This document shows positions 27,177 through 36,239 of a stretch of DNA of 64,000 nucleotides, in pieces. The notes below the pieces were generated by a model. The model was given only the letters and a program-made list of their open reading frames with translations. It was not told the DNA's origin and searched no databases. This DNA is from Candidatus Magasanikiibacteriota bacterium (GTDB lineage: Bacteria > Patescibacteriota > Patescibacteriia > Magasanikbacterales > 2-02-FULL-50-9b), in assembly GCA_023246755.1 (NCBI GenBank), contig JAHFHU010000004.1, positions 4,214-68,213 on the forward strand, written 5' to 3'. Numbering within the stretch: the first letter of the stretch is position 1; each line of letters starts with the position of its first letter. The position numbers and the translations under genes were made by a program.

Positions 27177-28190
27177 TTATCTTGTCGCTAAAATACTTCG
27201 CTTGTACGCATCCAGATTTTCAAGCGCGATCCCCGTGCCTTTAACCACACAAAGAAGCGGCTCTTCGGCTACGTGCGCCGGCACACCCGTACTTTCGGTG
27301 AGCAAAACATCGAGGTTACGCAACGCGCTTGTTCCGCCGGACAACACCATCCCTTTTTCAATCACGTCCGCTGACAATTCAGGCGGCGTGCGATATAAAA
27401 CGTCTTTGACCGCCTGAATCAGCCCCTCGAGTTCGTGTTGAATTGCGTCCGTCACATCATCCGACGTCACGCTTAAAACGCGTGGCAATCCAGAAATCAT
27501 ATCGCGCCCACGAATTTCAATCGTTAATTTACTTTCCAAATACATTGCCGACCCCACTTCGATTTTAATTTCTTCAGCCGTCCGCTCACCAATCGCCAAA
27601 CCATACTTACGACGAATATATTCGGTGATTGCGGTGTCCAATTTGTTGCCACCAATGCGAACAGATCCGCTTGAAACGATGCCCCCCAAGGAAATCACCG
27701 CAATTTCCGATGTGCCGCCACCGATATTCACAATCATGTGGCCGCTCGCCGAACCAATCGGGATGTCTGCTCCAATTGCTGCAACGATCGGCTCTTTGAT
27801 GATATAGGCCGCTTTTGCCCCGGCGGCCATCGTCGCGTCGATTACCGCGCGGCGCTCGGTCGATGTAATTCCACCCGGCACCGACACCATCACCTCGGGA
27901 CGAAACAATCGGACGCCGCCGAGCGCCTTGTTGATAAAATATCGGAGCATCGCCTCCGTCACCCGATAATCCGCAATCACCCCGTCTTTGAGTGGGCGCA
28001 GCGCGACAATGGTATCCGGCGTGCGACCCAACATGTCTTTTGCCTCTTTTCCAACGGCCAAAACTTTTTTGTCATGTTTTGAAATTGCAACAACGGACGG
28101 TTCATTGATAACAATTCCCCGCTTCGGAACGTACACCAAAATATTTGTCGTCCCCAAATCAATGCCGATCTTCGGATTCAAACTCATCAT
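27177..28190 (-). CDS. mreB: rod shape-determining protein MreB
   Basis: IGIDLGTTNILVYV phosphate-1 motif, NEPSVVA, IVNIGGGTSEIAVISLGG, DRGGGKLD-like region RIGGNKLD, LSGGTSALRNLD. 337 aa. Confidence 0.9.
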   Translation of the reverse strand: MMSLNPKIGIDLGTTNILVYVPKRGIVINEPSVVAISKHDKKVLAVGKEAKDMLGRTPDTIVALRPLKDGVIADYRVTEAMLRYFINKALGGVRLFRPEVMVSVPGGITSTERRAVIDATMAAGAKAAYIIKEPIVAAIGADIPIGSASGHMIVNIGGGTSEIAVISLGGIVSSGSVRIGGNKLDTAITEYIRRKYGLAIGERTAEEIKIEVGSAMYLESKLTIEIRGRDMISGLPRVLSVTSDDVTDAIQHELEGLIQAVKDVLYRTPPELSADVIEKGMVLSGGTSALRNLDVLLTESTGVPAHVAEEPLLCVVKGTGIALENLDAYKRSILATR

Positions 28191-28202
28191 ATCAACCCGT
28201 CG

Positions 28203-29654
28203 TTAATGCAAACTCTCAAATGAAATATCAAACATTGTGTCTTTCGTCACCATCGCATTCCAATCATACGCGCGATCACCAAAATTTTTTGATGATTCGG
28301 ATGGCGTGGCTGTTCGTACGTTTGTACCAAAATCAGCGTGAACCGTCAACTCAAATCCGTGCGTGCCGAGTTGTTTTTGAACAAGAAGGCCATAACGATG
28401 GTTCAAAATCTCCGCAACAACGGACGGTGCGAGCGCAATATCGATGGTCACCGTCGTGGTCTCACCCGGCTCGGTAAGAATAAACGATCCAATCACCGTG
28501 TGGCCGTCTTCTTGCGTCACATCCCACGCGCCCGGCGTTTTATCTTTGTGACTTTTCACCGAACCGGTCGCGTCCAAAAATTTTGTGTCAGCCGGAAAAT
28601 ACCACCGAGTGTACGTTCCATATCGCGTCGTACGCCAATCCAGCGTGCCTGTATTTTTATAGCGCATCGTTACCCGCCCGCGCCACTCGCCACTCGCAGC
28701 ATCCCGAAATACATCATATCGCATCGCGCGCTCCATCACCCGATCCGTTTTAAGACTGGCGAGATTTGCATCAACAAACATGACGCTGTCCGGCGTTCCT
28801 GATTTAAGTCGTCCACTCCACCCGAGCATGTCGAGATTGTTTTGAATTTTTGAATCACGATCGAAAATAATCACATGTCGTTCGTCGATGAGGCGCTCAA
28901 AATCACCAAGAACATTCCCCCATTGAAGTGGCGAAATGTGTTTGATACGCGAAACAAGTTCACTCGCGATCGCACCAATCACCGCCTTGCGCTCCGTTTT
29001 CGGAATACCTTGTTTGTGAAAATCAACCTCAACAGTCTGTTCGAGCAGGTCAGTAATATTTTCAGCAGTAAAAACTTTTCCGCCCGCAGTGACCGACCCC
29101 GTGTATTTCATAAGTGTTGTCAAAACTTCCGGCGTCACCCCAACAACCGTTTGAATCGCAGTCGCCTGCTGCCCATTCTCAAGTGTGTAAAAAGTAAGCG
29201 CATCTTGGCTCGCACGTGCAAAATCAGGCGACCAATTCGAATCACGAAAAAACCAGCGATCGATTAAATGATCTTTGATCGGTTGCGGCGCCGCGATCGG
29301 CGCAAGCGCGATTGCAGCACGATCAAGATTTTCGGTTCCATCGGTAAAAAGTGAAACCACCGCGCCATGATCAACGGTAACGACTCCGTACGAACCGATA
29401 AATCCGCCGCCCGGACGAATCTCGGTGTTATTGAGAAATAAAATGAGTATCGTGCGCGGCGTTTCCATCCCGAGCAATGCAGGGATCACCGCCGAACTCG
29501 CACCACTTCCACGGTGATCAAACGCTTTTGTTGCAACAAAATTCAACGCAGCAACATCGACGCGCGCCTGACGCACCAACCACCACGTACCATAGCCAAA
29601 TAATAAAAGTGCCCCGATGATACTACACAAAATTGTCGTGGTTCTCCGTGTCAT
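28203..29654 (-). CDS. DUF4012 domain membrane-anchored protein
   Basis: N-terminal TM, then ILILFLNNTEIRPGGGFIGSYG matches the DUF4012 core (LlqNnaElRptGGfiGsyg). Paired with GT2 as is typical. Confidence 0.75.
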   Translation of the reverse strand: MTRRTTTILCSIIGALLLFGYGTWWLVRQARVDVAALNFVATKAFDHRGSGASSAVIPALLGMETPRTILILFLNNTEIRPGGGFIGSYGVVTVDHGAVVSLFTDGTENLDRAAIALAPIAAPQPIKDHLIDRWFFRDSNWSPDFARASQDALTFYTLENGQQATAIQTVVGVTPEVLTTLMKYTGSVTAGGKVFTAENITDLLEQTVEVDFHKQGIPKTERKAVIGAIASELVSRIKHISPLQWGNVLGDFERLIDERHVIIFDRDSKIQNNLDMLGWSGRLKSGTPDSVMFVDANLASLKTDRVMERAMRYDVFRDAASGEWRGRVTMRYKNTGTLDWRTTRYGTYTRWYFPADTKFLDATGSVKSHKDKTPGAWDVTQEDGHTVIGSFILTEPGETTTVTIDIALAPSVVAEILNHRYGLLVQKQLGTHGFELTVHADFGTNVRTATPSESSKNFGDRAYDWNAMVTKDTMFDISFESLH

Positions 29655-31150
29655 AAATTTGTTTTAAATGCAGCACGTTTTTTTTGCGAAACATTAAACC
29701 CGAGATAGCGGCCAAACATGAGGCGCGTCGATGCATCGATCGCCGGCACCGCAGAAAAACAGATGAGTGAGATCGGCACAAGCACCCACTGAAGCAACAT
29801 GTAGACCCACGCGCGGCGTTTTGTTGCGTGCGGCGGACGCGGCAGCAAACGAAGCGACAGTATCATGCTACACACAAGCCCGCACATCGACGCAAACATC
29901 AGCCACTCCAAAATGTGCGGTGTATTTTGAAACAGCACCGTGCTGCGAACCGAGTCTCCCGCAACGAGTAGCGGCAATCGGCCCAGCACCAAAATAAAAA
30001 TTGATGTGGTGCACCACGAAAATTTTCCCTCCCACTGACTCCATAATCGATGCAACCGCTTGCCAAGCGGAATTTCAGGATGCAGCGGTAAATTCCAGAG
30101 CAGAAACGGAATATGCTCAACGCCCCACGCCCATCGACGCTGTTGTTTGTATAAATTGATGATGCTTTTTTTGAGTGACGGATCATTCACCGTGTCCATC
30201 GACACCGGAATATACATCGGCACGACTTCGTAGTTGCCGCCATATTTTAACCAGCACTGAAAAAAAATTCGCGAATCTTCGCTGACGATATTTTTCTGCC
30301 AAAAACCAACATCAACGAGCGCTTGGAAACTCATGCTGTGCGACGAAAATGTTACCACGAGTTCGGGACGCCCAAATCGAAATAACATAAAAAAAGTCGT
30401 ACCAAACGCCATGATGCGAAGCGGCGCCGCAGACTCCCAAATATTATTGTTATACAGCGCGACAGGTTGGAATGATGCGCGCGTTGGGTTCGGATGGTTT
30501 GCGTATAGATAGGTAAGATGTGCAAAATAATGGGGGTGAACAATCGTGTCGATATCAAACGCAGAAACAATGACGTTACGATATGAAATTCCGCGCGCAT
30601 CAAGCCATGCCTTCACGACATAACCCGCATAATGCAAGTTCGAACCCTTGCCCGGAATTTCGTCCGGCACATCTTTGGGATGCACGGTAATTATGAATGA
30701 ATAAAAAAAGTGTTCGAACTCTTTTTGTAAACGCTTTGCAAATGAATTGAAATGTTCCTGCTGTCGCTCCTCACCCGCGAGTACGATAATCATCCGCTGT
30801 GCGGGAAATGAAGAAGTCGCGAGCGCCTCAATCGTTGTCCGAACAACCGCCTCATCTTCGTTGTACACTGGTAAAAAAACGCAATGCAAATACGAATTCG
30901 ATTTTTCACCGAGTGTTGCTAATTTATCCATCCAGTTCGTTCGCAAGGTCAGGCGAAATGAACGCCAAGAAAATAATAAATAGAGAATAAAATATCCAAC
31001 ACGAAACACCCAGTACAAATCAAAAAGGATGATAAAATAAATCACCCAGAGCGGCCGAATAAAACTCAATATGGTCGCGCTTAAAAGCACGGTCCACACC
31101 AAAGCTCCGGGTAAAATTTCATAGATTCGATAGCGTGTGTAGTTGTTCAT
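29651..31150 (-). CDS. processive family 2 glycosyltransferase (cellulose/chitin synthase-like, QxxRW)
   Basis: VFLPVYNEDEAV (DXD region), QQRRWAWG (QxxRW), multiple N- and C-terminal TM helices. 499 aa. Confidence 0.75.
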   Translation of the reverse strand: MNNYTRYRIYEILPGALVWTVLLSATILSFIRPLWVIYFIILFDLYWVFRVGYFILYLLFSWRSFRLTLRTNWMDKLATLGEKSNSYLHCVFLPVYNEDEAVVRTTIEALATSSFPAQRMIIVLAGEERQQEHFNSFAKRLQKEFEHFFYSFIITVHPKDVPDEIPGKGSNLHYAGYVVKAWLDARGISYRNVIVSAFDIDTIVHPHYFAHLTYLYANHPNPTRASFQPVALYNNNIWESAAPLRIMAFGTTFFMLFRFGRPELVVTFSSHSMSFQALVDVGFWQKNIVSEDSRIFFQCWLKYGGNYEVVPMYIPVSMDTVNDPSLKKSIINLYKQQRRWAWGVEHIPFLLWNLPLHPEIPLGKRLHRLWSQWEGKFSWCTTSIFILVLGRLPLLVAGDSVRSTVLFQNTPHILEWLMFASMCGLVCSMILSLRLLPRPPHATKRRAWVYMLLQWVLVPISLICFSAVPAIDASTRLMFGRYLGFNVSQKKRAAFKTNL

Positions 31151-31503
31151 GTGATGTTGGGAGGGCGCTCGTACTCAAATTTTGTATTTCGTTGTTGGGC
31201 GATTGCCGCCATCACCGCGTCGGGTGTTTCAAGATTCGCGTCAACGATATAGAGCGGCACCCCACGCGTCGCGCTTAAAACACGCGCCACAACGAGCGCG
31301 GATCGGCTCGCGGAAAAACTCCCGATACGTTCGCGCAAAAGAATTGCATCCATGTCGGCGAAACCACGTTTAATTTTTTGAAGCGCGACAACGATATCTT
31401 GCCCGTGTTCCAACAGGCATTCGATGGCGAACGACCCGTCACGCATCACCCGAATCCGCATTCCCCGCTCAAGCAGTGGCTCAAGAATTAATATTTTTTT
31501 CAT
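31147..31503 (-). CDS. tsaB: truncated TsaB/YeaZ-like protein (tRNA t6A complex dimerisation subunit, N-terminal half only)
   Basis: MKKILILEP...GSFSASRSALVVARVLSATRGVPLYIV parallels TsaB ...[29 protein letters not shown]. Only 118 aa. Confidence 0.55.
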   Translation of the reverse strand: MKKILILEPLLERGMRIRVMRDGSFAIECLLEHGQDIVVALQKIKRGFADMDAILLRERIGSFSASRSALVVARVLSATRGVPLYIVDANLETPDAVMAAIAQQRNTKFEYERPPNIT

Positions 31504-32108
31504 ACCGCGCGCTTCATTTTATCAAACGGAATTTGATGCGGCGCATCGAGCACTGAATATAAAAAACGATCCATCAATTGACGGCGTTCTTGAAATTCGT
31601 GTACGGTCAAAACGGTATATCGCAGTGCGGTGCCGTGTTCATGCTCAAAATCTGCAACAATTTTTGCCACGTGACGATCTGAAATATCGCCGACGACCAA
31701 AATATCAATCGGCGTCTCGCGCGCATTGGTAAAAATTCCGGTGAACAACAGAAGCTGAACTTCGCCGGTTGCGGTGAATGCAGAAACAAGGGATTGCTCG
31801 CCGAGCATGTGCGATTTCATGAGCAACGCATGCAGCTCCGGATACAAAACTGAGTTTTCGTTGAGTCGATAGTATTTTCGTTTTGTTTCATGCGGATCGT
31901 CGGACAACGCAGAAAGCGACTCGTCGACAATAACGCTAATAATCCCCGCGTTTGTGAGGTGTGCAAGTTCGCGCCGAACAGCATTAATTTGTACATCAAG
32001 CAAACGAGTCAGCTCACGGACATAAAACCGCTTCTCGGCATCGCGAAAAAAAATCCGCAAAAGCTTCACCCGCGTCCTTGAACCAAAAAGGTGTTCAAGC
32101 ATAATCAA
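31500..32108 (-). CDS. winged-helix transcriptional regulator with C-terminal uncharacterised domain
   Basis: N-terminal RVKLLRIFFRDAEKRFYVRELTRLLDVQINAVRRELAHLTNAGII is a wHTH (ArsR/MarR-like). First gene of the minus-strand envelope operon. Confidence 0.55.
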   Translation of the reverse strand: MIMLEHLFGSRTRVKLLRIFFRDAEKRFYVRELTRLLDVQINAVRRELAHLTNAGIISVIVDESLSALSDDPHETKRKYYRLNENSVLYPELHALLMKSHMLGEQSLVSAFTATGEVQLLLFTGIFTNARETPIDILVVGDISDRHVAKIVADFEHEHGTALRYTVLTVHEFQERRQLMDRFLYSVLDAPHQIPFDKMKRAV

Positions 32109-32163
32109 TATTGTAGTCAGTCTCGCGATTTAGTATAATCGGTGAGGCCCTTCTGGTCAATGT

Positions 32164-34266
32164 ATGAGCGAACGCATCGAGCTCCGCGTCCACGACTTCC
32201 TTGCTGAAGGCCGTGACGAATCAAAATCCCATGTTTTACTAGAAATTACACAGCCCGCTGCGAATGAGGTCGCAACGCATGGTCATTTTTTTGCCATCGC
32301 CGAGCTTGTGGGCGCAACTCCAAAAACCATACAAATGGTCCGCTCGTGGATCGAATTTGCAATTGAAAGTTACTACAAGAGCACCCCGACAAACATTGAA
32401 TCCCATTTTGAAACGATTCTCGGGCAACTCAACACACAAAGCTCGCTCTATTTAAAACAACACGCACACGAAGAAATTAACATTGCCGTTGCCGCAACAT
32501 GCAACTCGACGCTTTACCTCGCAACGCATGGCCGCCCGGCTGCGCTGCTCTTCTACAAAAAAAATGAGGGGTGGCAGTCACTGGACATGATTGATCCGGA
32601 TGCGGCTGATATTCCCGGCCAGCTTTTTTCAAATGTTATCAACGGTGTAATGCGTGTCGATGATCGATTTTTACTTGCGACACCGCGTGTCACCGAATTT
32701 TTTACGGCGGATCGGCTCGCGAAAATTTGTGAGGGCAAATCAATGCAAGAAGTCAATGATCACATGCTCAGAATTTTAAGCGATCTTTCGTCGGAATATT
32801 CATTTGGTGGCGTATGGCTTCGACTTGTGCGCGCATTTGATGAAACAAAAGAGATCATGCAACAAAAAATCCCGGCAGGCTCGATTGTACGACCCGAAAA
32901 AAAATCCGATGTTTCAATGGATGATCTCATGAAAAAAACGAGAACGACCGCTGAAATTCTCGCGCCCCCAATTCTGACGATTCCAAAAGATAAAATTATC
33001 ACCAACTCGTTGATGCTCATCCAATCAAACGCAATTCGCGCTGGAAAATTTCTCACGAGTGCTGTGCGTTCTACGACTCACGCGATTTCGTCAAAAAAAA
33101 GTTCACCGACCACAGAACGCATCACGCCAAAACAATTTTTAAATACAACAAAAAATAGTCTTGGTTTGCGTTTCAGTGCGATGCCAAAAAAACGAAAATA
33201 TGTTTTGGTCGCAGCAATTACGACGATGCTGCTTGCGGTAATTATCGTCGGAATCATCGCCTACTCACGATCTCGCACCGCGCAAACACAAAGTGTTCAA
33301 ACGCAACTGACGGTGATTCGCGATACACTACGCTCCGCAAATGAATCGTTCACCTATCAAAATGAATCGGCCGCACGCACGACGCTCAGCCAAGCGAAAA
33401 ATCTTTTGAGCGCACTTCCAGAATCTACCAAAACAGCGCCCGATGGCACCGCACTACAAACCGAAATAACCGATGCGACCAATAAAATTTTGCACATTAC
33501 GTCAGTCACACCCATTACTCCAGCTTTTGCATCCGCACTCACTATTCGAGATATCACGACAATGGGAACGAGCGCGATCGCACTTTCAACAACCGGTGAT
33601 ATCGTTTATTTAAAAGATGGTCTCAAAAAAATAGCGACGGTTGATGCGGCGACAGAAAAAATTTTTTCCGATGAATCGAGCAAGCGTCTGTTCGTCATGA
33701 CAAAAAATCACACATTTAAAACAATCGCGCTCGATGGAAATAAAACGACGGATGTCGTGGTAAATTTCACACCTGAAAATACTCACACAAAAATTGCAAA
33801 CATTTATTCAGACCGTCTGTATACCTATGACAGCGAAACGAATATGATCTATCGCTATGAACATGCGGGCGATGCGTATACGAACGGTAAGCGCTGGATC
33901 GTCGACAAAAGTGGAAATCCGACAAATATAGCTGATTTTGTTGTTGATAATTCGATTTGGATGCGTTCGACGACCGGTGGAATTCTTAAATATACTGCGG
34001 GAAAATTGCAAACATTTAAAATTAGTAATCTCGAACCAGACACAACACACATTGATCAAATTTTGACGAGTGCCTCAGATAAAATTTATTTTCTCGATTC
34101 ACAAAATCATCGCATCGTGCAGACCGAACGCGATGGAAAACTTATCACACAATTTGTCTATCCAGAATCCACGCACATAACGCGCATCGCTCTTGATAAA
34201 ACCGAAACGACCGCCACCGGAATTTCCGATGACGGTCGCGTCGTACAATTTGCTTTGAGCAAATAA
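32164..34266 (+). CDS. large single-pass membrane protein: cytoplasmic N-terminal domain, TM at about residue 345, extracytoplasmic beta-rich C-terminal domain
   Basis: 700 aa. TM segment YVLVAAITTMLLAVIIVGIIAY. N-terminal FFAIAELVG...LYLATHGRPAALLF...VMRVDDRFLLATP weakly resembles a PP2C/SpoIIE-like phosphatase fold. Confidence 0.45.
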   Translation: MSERIELRVHDFLAEGRDESKSHVLLEITQPAANEVATHGHFFAIAELVGATPKTIQMVRSWIEFAIESYYKSTPTNIESHFETILGQLNTQSSLYLKQHAHEEINIAVAATCNSTLYLATHGRPAALLFYKKNEGWQSLDMIDPDAADIPGQLFSNVINGVMRVDDRFLLATPRVTEFFTADRLAKICEGKSMQEVNDHMLRILSDLSSEYSFGGVWLRLVRAFDETKEIMQQKIPAGSIVRPEKKSDVSMDDLMKKTRTTAEILAPPILTIPKDKIITNSLMLIQSNAIRAGKFLTSAVRSTTHAISSKKSSPTTERITPKQFLNTTKNSLGLRFSAMPKKRKYVLVAAITTMLLAVIIVGIIAYSRSRTAQTQSVQTQLTVIRDTLRSANESFTYQNESAARTTLSQAKNLLSALPESTKTAPDGTALQTEITDATNKILHITSVTPITPAFASALTIRDITTMGTSAIALSTTGDIVYLKDGLKKIATVDAATEKIFSDESSKRLFVMTKNHTFKTIALDGNKTTDVVVNFTPENTHTKIANIYSDRLYTYDSETNMIYRYEHAGDAYTNGKRWIVDKSGNPTNIADFVVDNSIWMRSTTGGILKYTAGKLQTFKISNLEPDTTHIDQILTSASDKIYFLDSQNHRIVQTERDGKLITQFVYPESTHITRIALDKTETTATGISDDGRVVQFALSK

Positions 34267-34267
34267 T

Positions 34268-34657
34268 TTATTTAAGTACCGCTTTACCACCCGCTTCCTC
34301 AATTTTCTTCTTGATTTCTTCAGCTTCTGCTTTTGGTGCATTTTCTTTAACCATTTTTGGCGCGCCATCAACAACTGCTTTTGCTTCTGCAAGACCGAGA
34401 CCGGTAATTTCGCGAACAACCTTAATCACCGCAATCTTGTTTGCACCCGCTTCAGTGAGCTCAACATTGAACTCTGTTTTTTCTTCTGCTGCGGGAGCTG
34501 CTGCGCCTGCTGCAGGGCCCGCCATCATCATAGCTGGAGCTGCTGCTGAAACGCCGTAGTGATCTTCAAGAGTTTTTACCAATTCTGAAAGATCAAGAAC
34601 TGACATCTTATCGATTTCAGCGATAAGTGATTGGAACTTTGCTGGAATATCTGACAT
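34268..34657 (-). CDS. rplL: 50S ribosomal protein L7/L12
   Basis: MSDI...[25 protein letters not shown]...[23 protein letters not shown]...[18 protein letters not shown]. Confidence 0.95.
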   Translation of the reverse strand: MSDIPAKFQSLIAEIDKMSVLDLSELVKTLEDHYGVSAAAPAMMMAGPAAGAAAPAAEEKTEFNVELTEAGANKIAVIKVVREITGLGLAEAKAVVDGAPKMVKENAPKAEAEEIKKKIEEAGGKAVLK

Positions 34658-34669
34658 AGTAATTAATAA

Positions 34670-35191
34670 TTATTGTGCTTTCTTTTCTTGAACCTGACTC
34701 AAGGCGGTAACAAAACCGCGTGTGATACCTGACAATGTCGTAACCAAACCAACACGCGGCGCATTGAGCACCTGTGCGAGCTGAGCGAGTAACTGCTGCT
34801 TGCTTGGAAGTGCGGCGAGCGCCTTAACTTGCGCTGCGTCGATGAAGCGACCCTCAAGAGTTCCGCCCACGATTTTAACCTGTTCAACCTCTTTGCTCAT
34901 GAGCGCAATGACGTTTGCTGCACCAACTTCGTCGGCACCGAATGCGACGGCGATGTTGCCATCGATCTCTTTTGTGTTCAGCTCAAAGCCAGCTGCGCGT
35001 GCCGCTAAATTGATCAACGTCTTTTTTGCGACCATGTATCCAACGCCAGATTTCTCAGCCGTTCGGCGAAGTTTATTGACGTTTTTTACGGTGATTCCTT
35101 TATAATCAACGAAAACCGAGCTTTTTGATGCCTTAAAGGCATCTGTCAAGCGAGCGAGATCTGCTGATTTTTGTGCTTTTGTTTTTGCCAT
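34670..35191 (-). CDS. rplJ: 50S ribosomal protein L10
   Basis: Start at MAKTKAQKSADLARLTDAFKASKSSVFVDYKGITV (ATG is the reverse complement of cat at 35189-35191). The longer ORF N-terminus is non-homologous. Followed by rplL. Confidence 0.85.
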   Translation of the reverse strand: MAKTKAQKSADLARLTDAFKASKSSVFVDYKGITVKNVNKLRRTAEKSGVGYMVAKKTLINLAARAAGFELNTKEIDGNIAVAFGADEVGAANVIALMSKEVEQVKIVGGTLEGRFIDAAQVKALAALPSKQQLLAQLAQVLNAPRVGLVTTLSGITRGFVTALSQVQEKKAQ

Positions 35192-35330
35192 ACAAAAAAT
35201 TACGGCTATCAACCGTAAACAATTAAGGGCCCTCGACCTGAAATTCCTGCGTATTCGCAAGAATTAAGTGGGCGACCTCGGCAGGATTTATTGGAATTTT
35301 TGATACCAAACCTGCTGTCTACGGTAGTTG
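35192..35330 (-). promoter_or_regulatory. rplJ 5' leader (probable L10 autoregulatory leader)
   Basis: About 140-nt untranslated region upstream of rplJ, with several short complementary segments (e.g. caaccgtaaac and ctacggtagttgg) that could pair. No other coding potential. Conserved location of the L10(L12)4-binding leader. Confidence 0.4.
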
Positions 35331-35391
35331 GACTATTGTAATAAATCGGGGCACGCTTGTCAAGCGATTGGGGCGTACTCGTCAAAATTGT

Positions 35392-36024
35392 TCAAACTAT
35401 TTTTGAGCCTGCCCATTTTTTTTCATGTAAAACGCGTGACAAATCAGACAGATTTTGCCCTCCAACAAATGATACGCTCATCTGATTTTTTTGTGCGAGC
35501 CGCGCCGCAGTCGGATCAAATGGTGCGTGCATCCCGGGCGTCCATTGCGTCCCCACAATTTCTCGATACTGTTTCCATGTCAGCTGATCGAACTTTCGGG
35601 CGTCCGGATTTTTTTCAGGATCTGAATCAAACACGTACGCGGTTGAAGAAATATTTATGATTGATTGAGCGCCACGCGTGATGGCGTGACGCGTCGCGAT
35701 GCCATCAGATGACTCGCCGGGCTTGCCGCCAAACGCAACTTCAACGCCCCGAATCCCTTTGAGCGCTGCTTTCAAAAATTCACCGTTTACCCGACACACA
35801 CCGATTCCGATCGTATCGAGTTCAACATCACTAAATTTAAATTGACGTCCCGCTGCTTGATAAACGCGACACGTGTTACCACCTCCCGCGATGATGACGA
35901 ACTTAAAACCTTTTTTTGATTCAGCCGCAATGATGCTTCTGAATTTTTTTATAAATTCGACGTGAACTCCCGTACCATTAATGATCATCGAGCCGCCCAA
36001 CGAAATTACTACAGTTTTTTTCAT
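35392..36024 (-). CDS. pyrH: amino-acid-kinase family protein, probable UMP kinase (short archaeal-like form)
   Basis: VVISLGGSMI (kinase N-terminal Gly loop), FVIIAGGGN (GGGN nucleotide site). 210 aa. Confidence 0.55.
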   Translation of the reverse strand: MKKTVVISLGGSMIINGTGVHVEFIKKFRSIIAAESKKGFKFVIIAGGGNTCRVYQAAGRQFKFSDVELDTIGIGVCRVNGEFLKAALKGIRGVEVAFGGKPGESSDGIATRHAITRGAQSIINISSTAYVFDSDPEKNPDARKFDQLTWKQYREIVGTQWTPGMHAPFDPTAARLAQKNQMSVSFVGGQNLSDLSRVLHEKKWAGSKIV

Positions 36025-36236
36025 ACATTAAATTTTTTTTTCATATCGATAACCCGCTGTTCAACATGCGCAAGATATGTTTGGAGCTCGTCAGCCAATG
36101 CGAGTCCCCGTTCAAATTTATTAAGCGCGTCCTCGATTGATACATCACCCTTTTCAAACCACTGCGTGATTTCTTCAAGCTCGGCAAACTGCTCGGTAAA
36201 CGTTTTTTCTTTTTTATTTTTTTGTGCAGCAGACAT
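36021..36236 (-). CDS. xseB: exodeoxyribonuclease VII small subunit
   Basis: 71 aa. FAELEEITQWFEKGDVSIEDALNKFERGLALADELQTYLAHVEQRV matches the XseB helical hairpin consensus. Confidence 0.75.
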   Translation of the reverse strand: MSAAQKNKKEKTFTEQFAELEEITQWFEKGDVSIEDALNKFERGLALADELQTYLAHVEQRVIDMKKKFNV

Positions 36237-36239
36237 AGT

